Source of the DNA: Eledone cirrhosa | Taxonomy: Eukaryota | Assembly (NCBI GenBank): GCA_964016885.1 | Contig: OZ024742.1 | Span: 15,562,001-15,626,000 of the forward strand | DNA: 64,000 bases | Reading direction: 5' to 3' | Shown: positions 1 through 13,029 of the stretch, piece by piece | Position numbering within the stretch: position 1 is the first letter of the stretch | How the letters are laid out: each line of letters opens with the position of its first letter | The notes under the pieces: model-generated | What the model was told of the DNA's origin: nothing | What the model saw: only the letters and a program-made list of their open reading frames with translations | Database searches by the model: none | Translations under genes and position numbers: made by a program

Positions 1-359
1 CTCAGTGTCATGTGTGATTATTAAAGAACCTCAGAGTAAAGTGTGATTATTAAAGAACCTCAGAGTAAAGTGTGATTATTAAAGAACCTCAGAGTAAAGT
101 GTGATTATTAAAGAACCACAGAGTAATGTGAGATTATTAAAGAACCACAGAGTAAAGTGTGATTATTAAAGAACCTCAGAGCAAAGTGTGATTATTAAAG
201 AACCACTGAGAAATGTGTGATTATTAAAGAACCACAGAGTAAAGTGTGATTATTAAAGAACCTCAGAGTTAAGTGTGATTATTAAAGAAACTGAGGGTAA
301 AGTGTGATTATTAAAGTACCACAGAGTACAGTGTTATTATTAAAGAACCTCAGTGTCAT

Positions 360-3300
360 GTGTGATTATTAAAGAACCTCAGAGTAAAGTGTGATTATTA
401 AAGAACCACAGAGTAAAGTGTTATTATTAAAGAACCTCAGAGCAAAGTGTGATTATTAAAGAACATCAGAGTAAAGTGTGATTATTAAAGAACCTCAGGG
501 TAAAGTGTGATTATTAAAGAACCACAGAGTAAAGTGTGATTATTAAAGAACCTCAGAGTAAAGTGTGATTATTAAAGAACCTCAGAGTAAAGAGTGATTA
601 TTAAAGAACCACTGAGAAATGTGTGATTATTAAAGAACCACAGAGTAAAGTGTGATTATTAAAGAACCACAGAGTAAAGTGTGATTATTAAAGAACCTCA
701 GAGTAAAGTGTGATTATTAAAGAACCACAGAGTAAAGTGTGATTATTAAAGAAGCTCAGAGTAAAGTGTGATTATTAAAGAACCTCAGAGTAAAGGGTGA
801 TTATTAAAGAACCACAGAGTAAAGTGTGATTATTAAAGAACCTCAGAGTAAAGTGTGATTATTAAAGAACCATACAGAAATGTGAGATTATTAAAGAACC
901 ACAGAGTAAAGTGTGATTATTAAAGAACCTCAGAGTAAAGTGTGATTATTAAAGAACCTCAGAGGAAAAGTGTGATTATTAAAGAACCTCAGAGTAAAGT
1001 GTGATTATTAAAGAACCCCAGAGTAAAGTGTGATTATTAAGGAACCTCAGAGTAAAGCGTGATTATTAAAGAACCACAGAGTAAAGTGTGATTATTAAAG
1101 AACCTCAGAGTAAAGTGTGATTATTAAAGAACCTCAGAGTAAAGTGTGATTATTAAAGAACCACAGAGAAATGTGTGATTATTAAAGAACCACAGAGTAA
1201 AGTGTGATTATTAATGAACCTCAGAGTAAAGTGTTGATTATTAAAGAACCTCAGAGTAAAGTGTTGATTATTAAAGAACCTCAGAGTAAAGTGTGATTAT
1301 TAAAGAACCTCAGAGTAAAGTGTGATTATTAAAGAACCACAGAGTAAAGTGTGATTATTAAAGAACCTCAGAGTAAAGTGTGATTATTAAAGAACCACAG
1401 AGAAATGTGTGATTATTAAAGAACCACAGAGTAAAGTGTGATAATTAAAGAACCACAGAGAAATGTGTGATTATTAAAGAACCACAGAGTAAAGTGTGAT
1501 TAATAAAGAACCTCAGATTAAAGTGTGATTATTAAAGAACCTCAGAATAAAGTGTGATTATTAAAGAACCTCAGAGTAAAGTGTTGATTATTAAAGAACC
1601 TCAGAGTAAAGTGTGATTATTAAAGAACCTCAGAGTAAAGTGTGATTATTAAAGAACCACAGAGTAAAGTGTGATTATTAAAGAACCTCAGAGTAAAGTG
1701 TGATTATTAAAGAACCACAGAGAAATGTGTGATTAGTAAAGAACCACAGAGTAAAGTGTGATTATTAAAGAACCTCAGAGTAAAGTGTGATTATTAAAGA
1801 GCCAGTGTAATGTGTGATTATTAAAGAACCACAGAGTAAAGTGTGATTATTAAAGAACCTCAGAGTAAAGTGTGATTATTAAAGAACCCCAGAGTAATGT
1901 GTGATTATTAAAGAAACTCAGGGTAAAGTGTGATTATTAAAGTACCACAGAGTACAGTGTAATTATTAAAGAACCTCAGTGTCATGTGTGATTATTAAAG
2001 AACCTCAGAGTAAAGTGTGATTATTAAAGAACCACAGAGTAAAGTGTTATTATTAAAGAACCACAGAGAAATGTGAGATTATTAAAGAACCACAGAGTAA
2101 AGTGTGATTATTAAAGAACCTCAGAGCAAAGTGTGATTATTAAAGAACCTCAGAGTAAAGTGTGATTATTAAAGAACCTCAGAGTAAAGTGTGATTATTA
2201 AAGAACCTCAGAGCAAAGTGTGATTATTAAAGAACCTCAGAGTAAAGTGAGATTATTAAAGAACCACAGAGTAAAGTGTGATTATTAAAGAACCTCAGAG
2301 TAAAGTGTGATTAGTAAAGAACCTCAGAGTAAAGTGTGATTATTAAAGAACCACTGAGAAATGTGTGATTATTAAAGAACCACAGAGTAAAGTGTGATTA
2401 TTAAAGAACCACAGAGTAAAGTGTGATTATTAAAGAACCTCAGAGTAAAGTGTGATCATTAAAGAACCTCAGAGTAAAGTGTGATTATTAAAGAACCTCA
2501 GAGTAAAGTGTGATTATTAAAGAACCACAGAGTAAAGTGTTATTATTAAAGAACCTCAGAGCAAAGTGTGATTATTAAAGAACATCAGAGTAAAGTGTGA
2601 TTATTAAAGAACCTCAGGGTAAAGTGTGATTATTAAAGAACCACAGAGTAAAGTGTGATTATTAAAGAACCTCAGAGTAAAGTGTGATTATTAAAGAACC
2701 TCAGAGTAAAGAGTGATTATTAAAGAACCACTGAGAAATGTGTGATTATTAAAGAACCACAGAGTAAAGTGTGATTATTAAAGAACCACAGAGTAAAGTG
2801 TGATTATTAAAGAACCTCAGAGTAAAGTGTGATTATTAAAGAACCACAGAGTAAAGTGTGATTATTAAAGAAGCTCAGAGTAAAGTGTGATTATTAAAGA
2901 ACCTCAGAGTAAAGGGTGATTATTAAAGAACCACAGAGTAAAGTGTGATTATTAAAGAACCTCAGAGTAAAGTGTGATTATTAAAGAACCATACAGAAAT
3001 GTGAGATTATTAAAGAACCACAGAGTAAAGTGTGATTATTAAAGAACCTCAGAGTAAAGTGTGATTATTAAAGAACCTCAGAGGAAAAGTGTGATTATTA
3101 AAGAACCTCAGAGTAAAGTGTGATTATTAAAGAACCCCAGAGTAAAGTGTGATTATTAAGGAACCTCAGAGTAAAGCGTGATTATTAAAGAACCACAGAG
3201 TAAAGTGTGATTATTAAAGAACCTCAGAGTAAAGTGTGATTATTAAAGAACCTCAGAGTAAAGTGTGATTATTAAAGAACCACAGAGAAATGTGTGATTA

Positions 3301-4659
3301 TTAAAGAACCACAGAGTAAAGTGTGATTATTAATGAACCTCAGAGTAAAGTGTTGATTATTAAAGAACCTCAGAGTAAAGTGTTGATTATTAAAGAACCT
3401 CAGAGTAAAGTGTGATTATTAAAGAACCTCAGAGTAAAGTGTGATTATTAAAGAACCACAGAGTAAAGTGTGATTATTAAAGAACCTCAGAGTAAAGTGT
3501 GATTATTAAAGAACCACAGAGAAATGTGTGATTATTAAAGAACCACAGAGTAAAGTGTGATAATTAAAGAACCACAGAGAAATGTGTGATTATTAAAGAA
3601 CCACAGAGTAAAGTGTGATTAATAAAGAACCTCAGATTAAAGTGTGATTATTAAAGAACCTCAGAATAAAGTGTGATTATTAAAGAACCTCAGAGTAAAG
3701 TGTTGATTATTAAAGAACCTCAGAGTAAAGTGTGATTATTAAAGAACCTCAGAGTAAAGTGTGATTATTAAAGAACCACAGAGTAAAGTGTGATTATTAA
3801 AGAACCTCAGAGTAAAGTGTGATTATTAAAGAACCACAGAGAAATGTGTGATTAGTAAAGAACCACAGAGTAAAGTGTGATTATTAAAGAACCTCAGAGT
3901 AAAGTGTGATTATTAAAGAGCCAGTGTAATGTGTGATTATTAAAGAACCACAGAGTAAAGTGTGATTATTAAAGAACCTCAGAGTAAAGTGTGATTATTA
4001 AAGAACCCCAGAGTAATGTGTGATTATTAAAGAAACTCAGGGTAAAGTGTGATTATTAAAGTACCACAGAGTACAGTGTAATTATTAAAGAACCTCAGTG
4101 TCATGTGTGATTATTAAAGAACCTCAGAGTAAAGTGTGATTATTAAAGAACCACAGAGTAAAGTGTTATTATTAAAGAACCACAGAGAAATGTGAGATTA
4201 TTAAAGAACCACAGAGTAAAGTGTGATTATTAAAGAACCTCAGAGCAAAGTGTGATTATTAAAGAACCTCAGAGTAAAGTGTGATTATTAAAGAACCTCA
4301 GAGTAAAGTGTGATTATTAAAGAACCTCAGAGCAAAGTGTGATTATTAAAGAACCTCAGAGTAAAGTGAGATTATTAAAGAACCACAGAGTAAAGTGTGA
4401 TTATTAAAGAACCTCAGAGTAAAGTGTGATTAGTAAAGAACCTCAGAGTAAAGTGTGATTATTAAAGAACCACTGAGAAATGTGTGATTATTAAAGAACC
4501 ACAGAGTAAAGTGTGATTATTAAAGAACCACAGAGTAAAGTGTGATTATTAAAGAACCTCAGAGTAAAGTGTGATCATTAAAGAACCTCAGAGTAAAGTG
4601 TGATTATTAAAGAACCTCAGAGTAAAGTGTGATTATTAAAGAACCACAGAGTAAAGTGT
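360..4659 (+). repeat. Two tandem copies of a 2,119-bp (73-monomer) unit
   Basis: GAAGCTC occurs at 751 and 2870, and GCCAGTGTAATG at 1801 and 3920; both offsets are 2,119 = 73x29+2. The order of variant monomers matches between the copies. Confidence 0.92.
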
Positions 4660-7600
4660 GATTATTAAAGAACCTCAGAGTAAAGTGTGATAATTAAAGA
4701 ACCACAGAGAAATGTGTGATTATTAAAGAACCACAGAGTAAAGTGTGATTAATAAAGAACCACAGAGAAATGTGTGATTATTAACGAACCACAGAGTAAA
4801 GTGTGATTATTAAAGAACCACAGAGAAATGTGTGATTATTAAAGAACCTCAGAGTAAAGTGTGATTATTAAAGAACCTCAGAGTAAAGTGTGATTATTAA
4901 AGAACCTCAGAATAAAGTGTGATTATTAAAGAACCACAGAGTAAAGTGTGATTATTAATGAACCTCAGAGTAAAGTGTGATTATTAAAGAACCATACAGA
5001 AATGTGAGATTATTAAAGAACCACAGAGTAAAGTGTGATTATTAAAGAACCTCAGAGTAAAGTGTGATTATTAAAGAACCTCAGAGGAAAAGTGTGATTA
5101 TTAAAGAACCTCAGAGTAAAGTGTGATTATTAAAGAACCCCAGAGTAAAGTGTGGTTATTAAGGAACCTCAGAGTAAAGTGTGATTATTAAAGAACCACA
5201 GAGTAAAGTGTGATTATTAAAGAACCTCAGAGTAAAGTGTGATTATTAAAGAACCACACAGTAAAGTGTGATTATTAAAGAACCACAGAGTAAAGTGTGA
5301 TTAATAAAGAACCTCAGAGTAAAGTGTGATTATTAAAGAACCACAGAGAAATGTGTGATTATTAAAGAACCACAGAGTAAAGTGTGATTATTAAAGAACC
5401 TCAGAGTAAAGTGTGATTATTAAAGAACCTCAGAGTAAAGTGTGATTATTAAAGAACCTCAGTGTCATGTGCGATTATTAAAGAACCTCAGAGTAAAGTG
5501 TGATTATTAAAGAACCTCAGAGTAAAGTGTGATTATTAAAGAACCTCAGAGTTAAGTGTGATTATTAAAGAAACTCAGGGTAAAGTGTGATTATTAAAGT
5601 ACCACAGAGTACAGTGTAATTATTAAAGCACCTCAGTGTCATGTGTGATTATTAAAGAACCTCAGAGTAAAGTGTGATTATTAAAGAACCACAGAGTAAA
5701 GTGTTATTATTAAAGAACCACAGAGAAATGTGAGATTATTAAAGAACCACAGAGTAAAGTGTGATTATTAAAGAACCACAGAGTAAAGTGTGATTATTAA
5801 AGAACCTCAGAGTAAAGTGTGATCATTAAAGAACCTCAGAGTAAAGTGTGATTATTAAAGAACCTCAGAGTAAAGTGTGATTATTAAAGAACCACAGAGA
5901 AATGTGTGATTATTAAAGAACCACAGAGTAAAGTGCGATTATTAAAGAACCACAGAGTAAAGTGTGATTATTAAAGAACCTCAGAGTAAAGTGTGATTAT
6001 TAAAGAACCACAGAGAAATGTGTGATTATTAAAGAACCTCAGAGAAAACTGTGATTATTAAAGAACCACAGAGAAATGTGTGATTATTAAAGAACCTCAG
6101 AGTAAAGTGTGATTATTAAAGAACCTCAGAGTAAAGTGTGATAATTAAAGAACCACAGAGAAATGAGTGATTATTAAAGAACCCCAGAGTAAAGTGCTAT
6201 TATTAAGGAACCTCAGAGTAAAGTGTGATTATTAAAGAACCACAGAGTAAAGTGTGATTATTAAAGAACCTCAGAGTAAAGTGTGATTATTAAAGAACCA
6301 CAGAGTAAAGTGTGATTATTAAAGAACCACAGAGAAATGTGTGATTATTAAAGAACCACAGAGTAAAGTGTGATTATTAAAGAACCTCAGAGTAAAGTGT
6401 GATTATTAAAGAACCACAGAGTAAAGTGTGATTATTAAAGAACCACAGAGTAAAGTGTGATTATTAAAGAACCACAGAGTAAAGTGTGATTATTAAAGTA
6501 CCACAGAGTACAGTGTAATTATTAAAGAACCTCAGTGTCATGTGTGATTATTAAAGAACCTCAGAGTAAAGTGTGATTATTAAAGAACCACAGAGTAAAG
6601 TGTTATTATTAAAGAACCACAGAGAAATGTGTGATTATTAAAGACCCAGAGAGTAAAGGGTGATTATTAAAGAACCTCAGAGTAAAGCGTGATTATTAAA
6701 GAACCTCAGAGTAAAGTGTGATTATTAAAGAACCACAGAGTAAAGTGTGATTATTAAAGAACCTCAGAGTAAAGTGTTGATTATTAAAGAACCTCAGAGT
6801 AAAGTGTGATTATTAAAGAACCTCAGAGTAAAGTGTGATTATTAAAGAACCACAGAGTAAAGTGTGATTATTAAAGAACCTCAGAGTAAAGTGTGATTAT
6901 TAAAGAACCACAGAGAAATGTGTGATTATTAAAGAACCACAGAGTAAAGTGTGATTATTAAAGAACCTCAGAGTAAAGTGTGATTATTAAAGAACCTCAG
7001 AGTAAAGTGTGATTATTAAAGAACCAGTGTCATGTGCGATTATTAAAGAACCACAGAGTAAAGTGTGATTATTAAAGAACCTCAGAGTAAAGTGTGATTA
7101 TTAAAGAACCTCAGAGTAAAGTGTGATTATTAAAGAACCTCAGAGTTAAGTGTGATTATTTAAGAAACTCAGGGTAAAGTGTGATTATTAAAGTACCACA
7201 GAGTACAGTGTAATTATTAAAGAACCTCAGTGTCATGTGTGATTATTAAAGAACCTCAGAGTAAAGTGTGATTATTAAAGAACCACAGAGTAAAGTGTTA
7301 TTATTAAAGAACCACAGAGAAATGTGAGATTATTAAAGAACCACGGAGTAAAGTGTGATTATTAAAGAACCACAGAGTAAAGTGTGATTATTAAAGAACC
7401 TCAGAGTAAAGTGTTTATCATTAAAGAACCTCAGAGTAAAGTGTGATTATTAAAGAACCTCAGAGTAAAATGTGATTATTAAAGAACCACAGAGAAATGT
7501 GTGATTATTAAAGAACCACAGAGTAAAGTGCGATTATTAAAGAACCACAGAGTAAAGTGTGATTATTAAAGAACCTCAGAGTAAAGTGTGATTATTAAAG

Positions 7601-8559
7601 AACCACAGAGAAATGTGTGATTATTAAAGAACCTCAGAGTAAAGTGTGATTATTAAAGAACCTCAGAGTAAAGTGTGATAATTAAAGAACCACAGAGAAA
7701 TGTGTGATTATTAAAGAACCACAGAGTAAAGTGTGATTAATAAAGAACCACAGAGAAATGTGTGATTATTAACGAACCACAGAGTAAAGTGTGATTATTA
7801 AAGAACCACAGAGAAATGTGTGATTATTAAAGAACCTCAGAGTAAAGTGTGATTATTAAAGAACCTCAGAATAAAGTGTGATTATTAAAGAACCACAGAG
7901 TAAAGTGTGATTATTAATGAACCTCAGAGTAAAGTGTGATTATTAAAGAACCACAGAGTAAAGTGTGATTATTAAAGAACCACAGAGAAATGTGTGATTA
8001 TTAAAGAACCACAGAGTAAAGTGTGATTATTAAAGAACCTCAGAGTAAAGTGTGATTATTAAAGGACCACAGAGTACAGTGTAATTATTAAAGAACCTCA
8101 GTGTCATGTGTGATTATTAAAGAACCTCAGAGTAAAGTGTGATTATTAAAGAACCACAGAGTAAAGTGTTATTATTAAAGAACCACAGAGAAATGTGAGA
8201 TTATTAAAGACCCACAGAGTAAAGGGTGATTATTAAAGAACCTCAGAGCAAAGTGTAATTATTAAAGAACCTCAGAGTAAAGTGTGATTATTAAAGAACC
8301 TCAGAGTAAAGTGTGATTATTAAAGAACCACAGAGTAAAGTGTGATTATTAAAGAACCTCAGAGTAAAGTGTTGATCATTAAAGAACCTCAGAGTAAAGT
8401 GTGATTATTAAAGAACCTCAGAGTAAAGTGTGATTATTAAAGAACCATAGAGAAATGTGTGATTATTAAAGAACCTCAGAGTAAAGTGTGATTATTAAAG
8501 AACCATAGAGAAATGTGTGATTATTAAAGAACCTCAGAGTAAAGTGTGATTATTAAAGA

Positions 8560-9290
8560 ACCACAGAGTAAAGTGTGATTATTAAAGAACCTCAGAGTAA
8601 AGTGTGATTATTAAAGAACCTCAGAGTAAAGTGTGATTATTAAAGAACCACAGAGTAATGTGAGATTATTAAAGAACCACAGAGTAAAGTGTGATTATTA
8701 AAGAACCTCAGAGCAAAGTGTGATTATTAAAGAACCACTGAGAAATGTGTGATTATTAAAGAACCACAGAGTAAAGTGTGATTATTAAAGAACCTCAGAG
8801 TTAAGTGTGATTATTAAAGAAACTCAGGGTAAAGTGTGATTATTAAAGTACCACAGAGTACAGTGTAATTATTAAAGAACCTCAGTGTCATGTGTGATTA
8901 TTAAAGAACCTCAGAGTAAAGTGTGATTATTAAAGAACCTCAGAGTAAAGTGTGATTATTAAAGAACCTCAGAGTAAAGTGTGATTATTAAAGAACCACA
9001 GAGTAATGTGAGATTATTAAAGAACCACAGAGTAAAGTGTGATTATTAAAGAACCTCGGAGCAAAGTGTGATTATTAAAGAACCACTGAGAAATGTGTGA
9101 TTATTAAAGAACCACAGAGTAAAGTGTGATTATTAAAGAACCTCAGAGTTAAGTGTGATTATTAATGAAACTGAGGGTAAAGTGTGATTATTAAAGTACC
9201 ACAGAGTACAGTGTTATTATTAAAGAACCTCAGTGTCATGTGTGATTATTAAAGAACCTCAGAGTAAAGTGTGATTATTAAAGAACCACA
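8560..9290 (+). repeat. Local tandem duplication of a 12-monomer (348 bp) block
   Basis: CCACTGAGAAATG occurs at 8735 and 9083 (offset 348 = 12x29), with the same flanking variants (GTAATGTGAG, GAGCAAAG, GAGTTAAG, GTACC). Confidence 0.8.
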
Positions 9291-11330
9291 GAGTAAAGTG
9301 TTATTATTAAAGAACCTCAGAGCAAAGTGTGATTATTAAAGAACATCAGAGTAAAGTGTGATTATTAAAGAACCTCAGGGTAAAGTGTGATTATTAAAGA
9401 ACCACAGAGTAAAGTGTGATTATTAAAGAACCTCAGAGTAAAGTGTGATTATTAAAGAACCTCAGAGTAAAGAGTGATTATTAAAGAACCACTGAGAAAT
9501 GTGTGATTATTAAAGAACCACAGAGTAAAGTGTGATTATTAAAGAATCACAGAGTAAAGTGTGATTATTAAAGAACCTCAGAGTAAAGTGTGATTATTAA
9601 AGAACCACAGAGTAAAGTGTGATTATTAAAGAAGCTCAGAGTAAAGTGTGATTATTAAAGAACCTCAGAGTAAAGGGTGATTATTAAAGAACCACAGAGT
9701 AAAGTGTGATTATTAAAGAACCTCAGAGTAAAGTGTGATTATTAAAGAACCATACAGAAATGTGAGATTATTAAAGAACCACAGAGTAAAGTGTGATTAT
9801 TAAAGAACCTCAGAGGAAAAGTGTGATTATTAAAGAACCTCAGAGTAAAGTGTGATTATTAAAGAACCCCAGAGTAAAGTGTGATTATTAAGGAACCTCA
9901 GAGTAAAGCGTGATTATTAAAGAACCACAGAGTAAAGTGTGATTATTAAAGAACCTCAGAGTAAAGTGTGATTATTAAAGAACCTCAGAGTAAAGTGTGA
10001 TTATTAAAGAACCACAGAGAAATGTGTGATTATTAAAGAACCACAGAGTAAAGTGTGATTATTAATGAACCTCAGAGTAAAGTGTTGATTATTAAAGAAC
10101 CTCAGAGTAAAGTGTTGATTATTAAAGAACCTCAGAGTAAAGTGTGATTATTAAAGAACCTCAGAGTAAAGTGTGATTATTAAAGAACCACAGAGTAAAG
10201 TGTGATTATTAAAGAACCTCAGAGTAAAGTGTGATTATTAAAGAACCACAGAGAAATGTGTGATTATTAAAGAACCACAGAGTAAAGTGTGATAATTAAA
10301 GAACCACAGAGAAATGTGTGATTATTAAAGAACCACAGAGTAAAGTGTGATTAATAAAGAACCTCAGATTAAAGTGTGATTATTAAAGAACCTCAGAATA
10401 AAGTGATTATTAAAGAACCTCAGAGTAAAGTGTTGATTATTAAAGAACCTCAGAGTAAAGTGTGATTATTAAAGAACCTCAGAGTAAAGTGTGATTATTA
10501 AAGAACCACAGAGTAAAGTGTGATTATTAAAGAACCTCAGAGTAAAGTGTGATTATTAAAGAACCACAGAGAAATGTGTGATTAGTAAAGAACCACAGAG
10601 TAAAGTGTGATTATTAAAGAACCTCAGAGTAAAGTGTGATTATTAAAGAGCCAGTGTCATGTGTGATTATTAAAGAACCACAGAGTAAAGTGTGATTATT
10701 AAAGAACCTCAGAGTAAAGTGTGATTATTAAAGAACCCCAGAGTAATGTGTGATTATTAAAGAAACTCAGTGTAAAGTGTGATTATTAAAGTACCACAGA
10801 GTACAGTGTAATTATTAAAGAACCTCAGTGTCATGTGTGATTATTAAAGAACCTCAGAGTAAAGTGTGATTATTAAAGAACCACAGAGTAAAGTGTTATT
10901 ATTAAAGAACCACAGAGAAATGTGAGATTATTAAAGAACCACAGAGTAAAGTGTGATTATTAAAGAACCTCAGAGCAAAGTGTGATTATTAAAGAACCTC
11001 AGAGTAAAGTGTGATTATTAAAGAACCTCAGAGCAAAGTGTGATTATTAAAGAACCTCAGAGTAAAGTGAGATTATTAAAGAACCACAGAGTAAAGTGTG
11101 ATTATTAAAGAACCTCAGAGTAAAGTGTGATTAGTAAAGAACCTCAGAGTAAAGTGTGATTATTAAAGAACCACTGAGAAATGTGTGATTATTAAAGAAC
11201 CACAGAGTAAAGTGTGATTATTAAAGAACCACAGAGTAAAGTGTGATTATTAAAGAACCTCAGAGTAAAGTGTGATCATTAAAGAACCTCAGAGTAAAGT
11301 GTGATTATTAAAGAACCTCAGAGTAAAGTG
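8881..11330 (+). repeat. Dispersed third copy of the block at about 1-2500 (offset 8,880 at its start)
   Basis: Lines 8881, 8941 and 9001 match lines 1, 61 and 121 column for column. GAAGCTC is at 9631 versus 751. The offset later shrinks by whole monomers and by one 2-bp TG loss near 10403. Confidence 0.88.
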
Positions 11331-13029
11331 TGATTATTAAAGAACCACAGAGTAAAGTGTGATTATTAAAGAACCTCAGAGTAAAGTGTGATAATTAAAG
11401 AACCACAGAGAAATGTGTGATTATTAAAGAACCACAGAGTAAAGTGTGATTAATAAAGAACCACAGAGAAATGTGTGATTATTAACGAACCACAGAGTAA
11501 AGTGTGATTATTAAAGAACCACAGAGAAATGTGTGATTATTAAAGAACCTCAGAGTAAAGTGTGATTATTAAAGAACCTCAGAGTAAAGTGTGATTATTA
11601 AAGAACCTCAGAATAAAGTGTGATTATTAAAGAACCACAGAGTAAAGTGTGATTATTAATGAACCTCAGAGTAAAGTGTGATTATTAAAGAACCATACAG
11701 AAATGTGAGATTATTAAAGAACCACAGAGTAAAGTGTGATTATTAAAGAACCTCAGAGTAAAGTGTGATTATTAAAGAACCTCAGAGGAAAAGTGTGATT
11801 ATTAAAGAACCTCAGAGTAAAGTGTGATTATTAAAGAACCCCAGAGTAAAGTGTGGTTATTAAGGAACCTCAGAGTAAAGTGTGATTATTAAAGAACCAC
11901 AGAGTAAAGTGTGATTATTAAAGAACCTCAGAGTAAAGTGTGATTATTAAAGAACCACAGAGTAAAGTGTGATTATTAAAGAACCACAGAGAAATGTGTG
12001 ATTATTAAAGAACCACAGAGTAAAGTGTGATTATTAAAGAACCTCAGAGTAAAGTGTGATTATTAAAGAACCACAGAGTAAAGTGTGATTATTAAAGAAC
12101 CACAGAGTAAAGTGTGATTATTAAAGAACAACAGAGTAAAGTGTGATTATTAAAGTACCACAGAGTACAGTGTAATTATTAAAGAACCTCAGTGTCATGT
12201 GTGATTATTAAAGAATCTCAGAGTAAAGTGTGATTATTAAAGAACCACAGAGTAAAGTGTTATTATTAAAGAACCACAGAGTAAAGTGTGATTATTAAAG
12301 AACCTCAGAGTAAAGCGTGATTATTAAAGAACCACAGAGTAAAGTGTGATTATTAAAGTACCACAGAGTACAGTGTAATTATTAAAGAACCTCAGTGTCA
12401 TGTGTGAGTATTAAAGAACCTCAGAGTAAAGTGTGATTATTAAAGAACCAGGGAGTAAAGTGTTATTATTAAAGAACCACAGAGAAATGTGAGATTATTA
12501 AAGACCCACAGAGTAAAGGGTGATTATTAAAGAACCTCAGAGCAAAGTGTAATTATTAAAGAACCACAGAGTAAAGTGTGATTATTAAAGAACCTCAGAG
12601 TAAAGTGTTGATCATTAAAGAACCTCAGAGTAAAGTGTGATTATTAAAGAACCTCAGAGTAAAGTGTGATTATTAAAGAACAACAGAGAAATGTGTGATT
12701 GCTAAAGAACCACAGAGTAAAGTGTGATTATTAAAGAACCTCAGAGTAAAGTGTGATTATTAAAGAACCTCAGAGTAAAGTGTGATTATTAAAGAACCAG
12801 TGTCATGTGCGATTATTAAAGAACCACAGAGTAAAGTGTGATTGTTAAAGAATCTCAGAGTAAAGTGTGATTATTAAAGAACCTCAGAGTAAAGTGTGAT
12901 TATTAAAGAACCACAGAGTAATGTGAGATTATTAAAGAACCACAGAGTAAAGTGTGATTATTAAAGAACCTCAGAGCAAAGTGTGATTATTAAAGAACCA
13001 CTGAGAAATGTGTGATTATTAAAGAAGCA

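Noticed and set aside
1500-1510. AATAAA polyadenylation-like and TATA/-10-like motifs in variant monomers
   Set aside because: These are expected by chance from single substitutions in an AT-rich repeat, and there is no transcription unit context.
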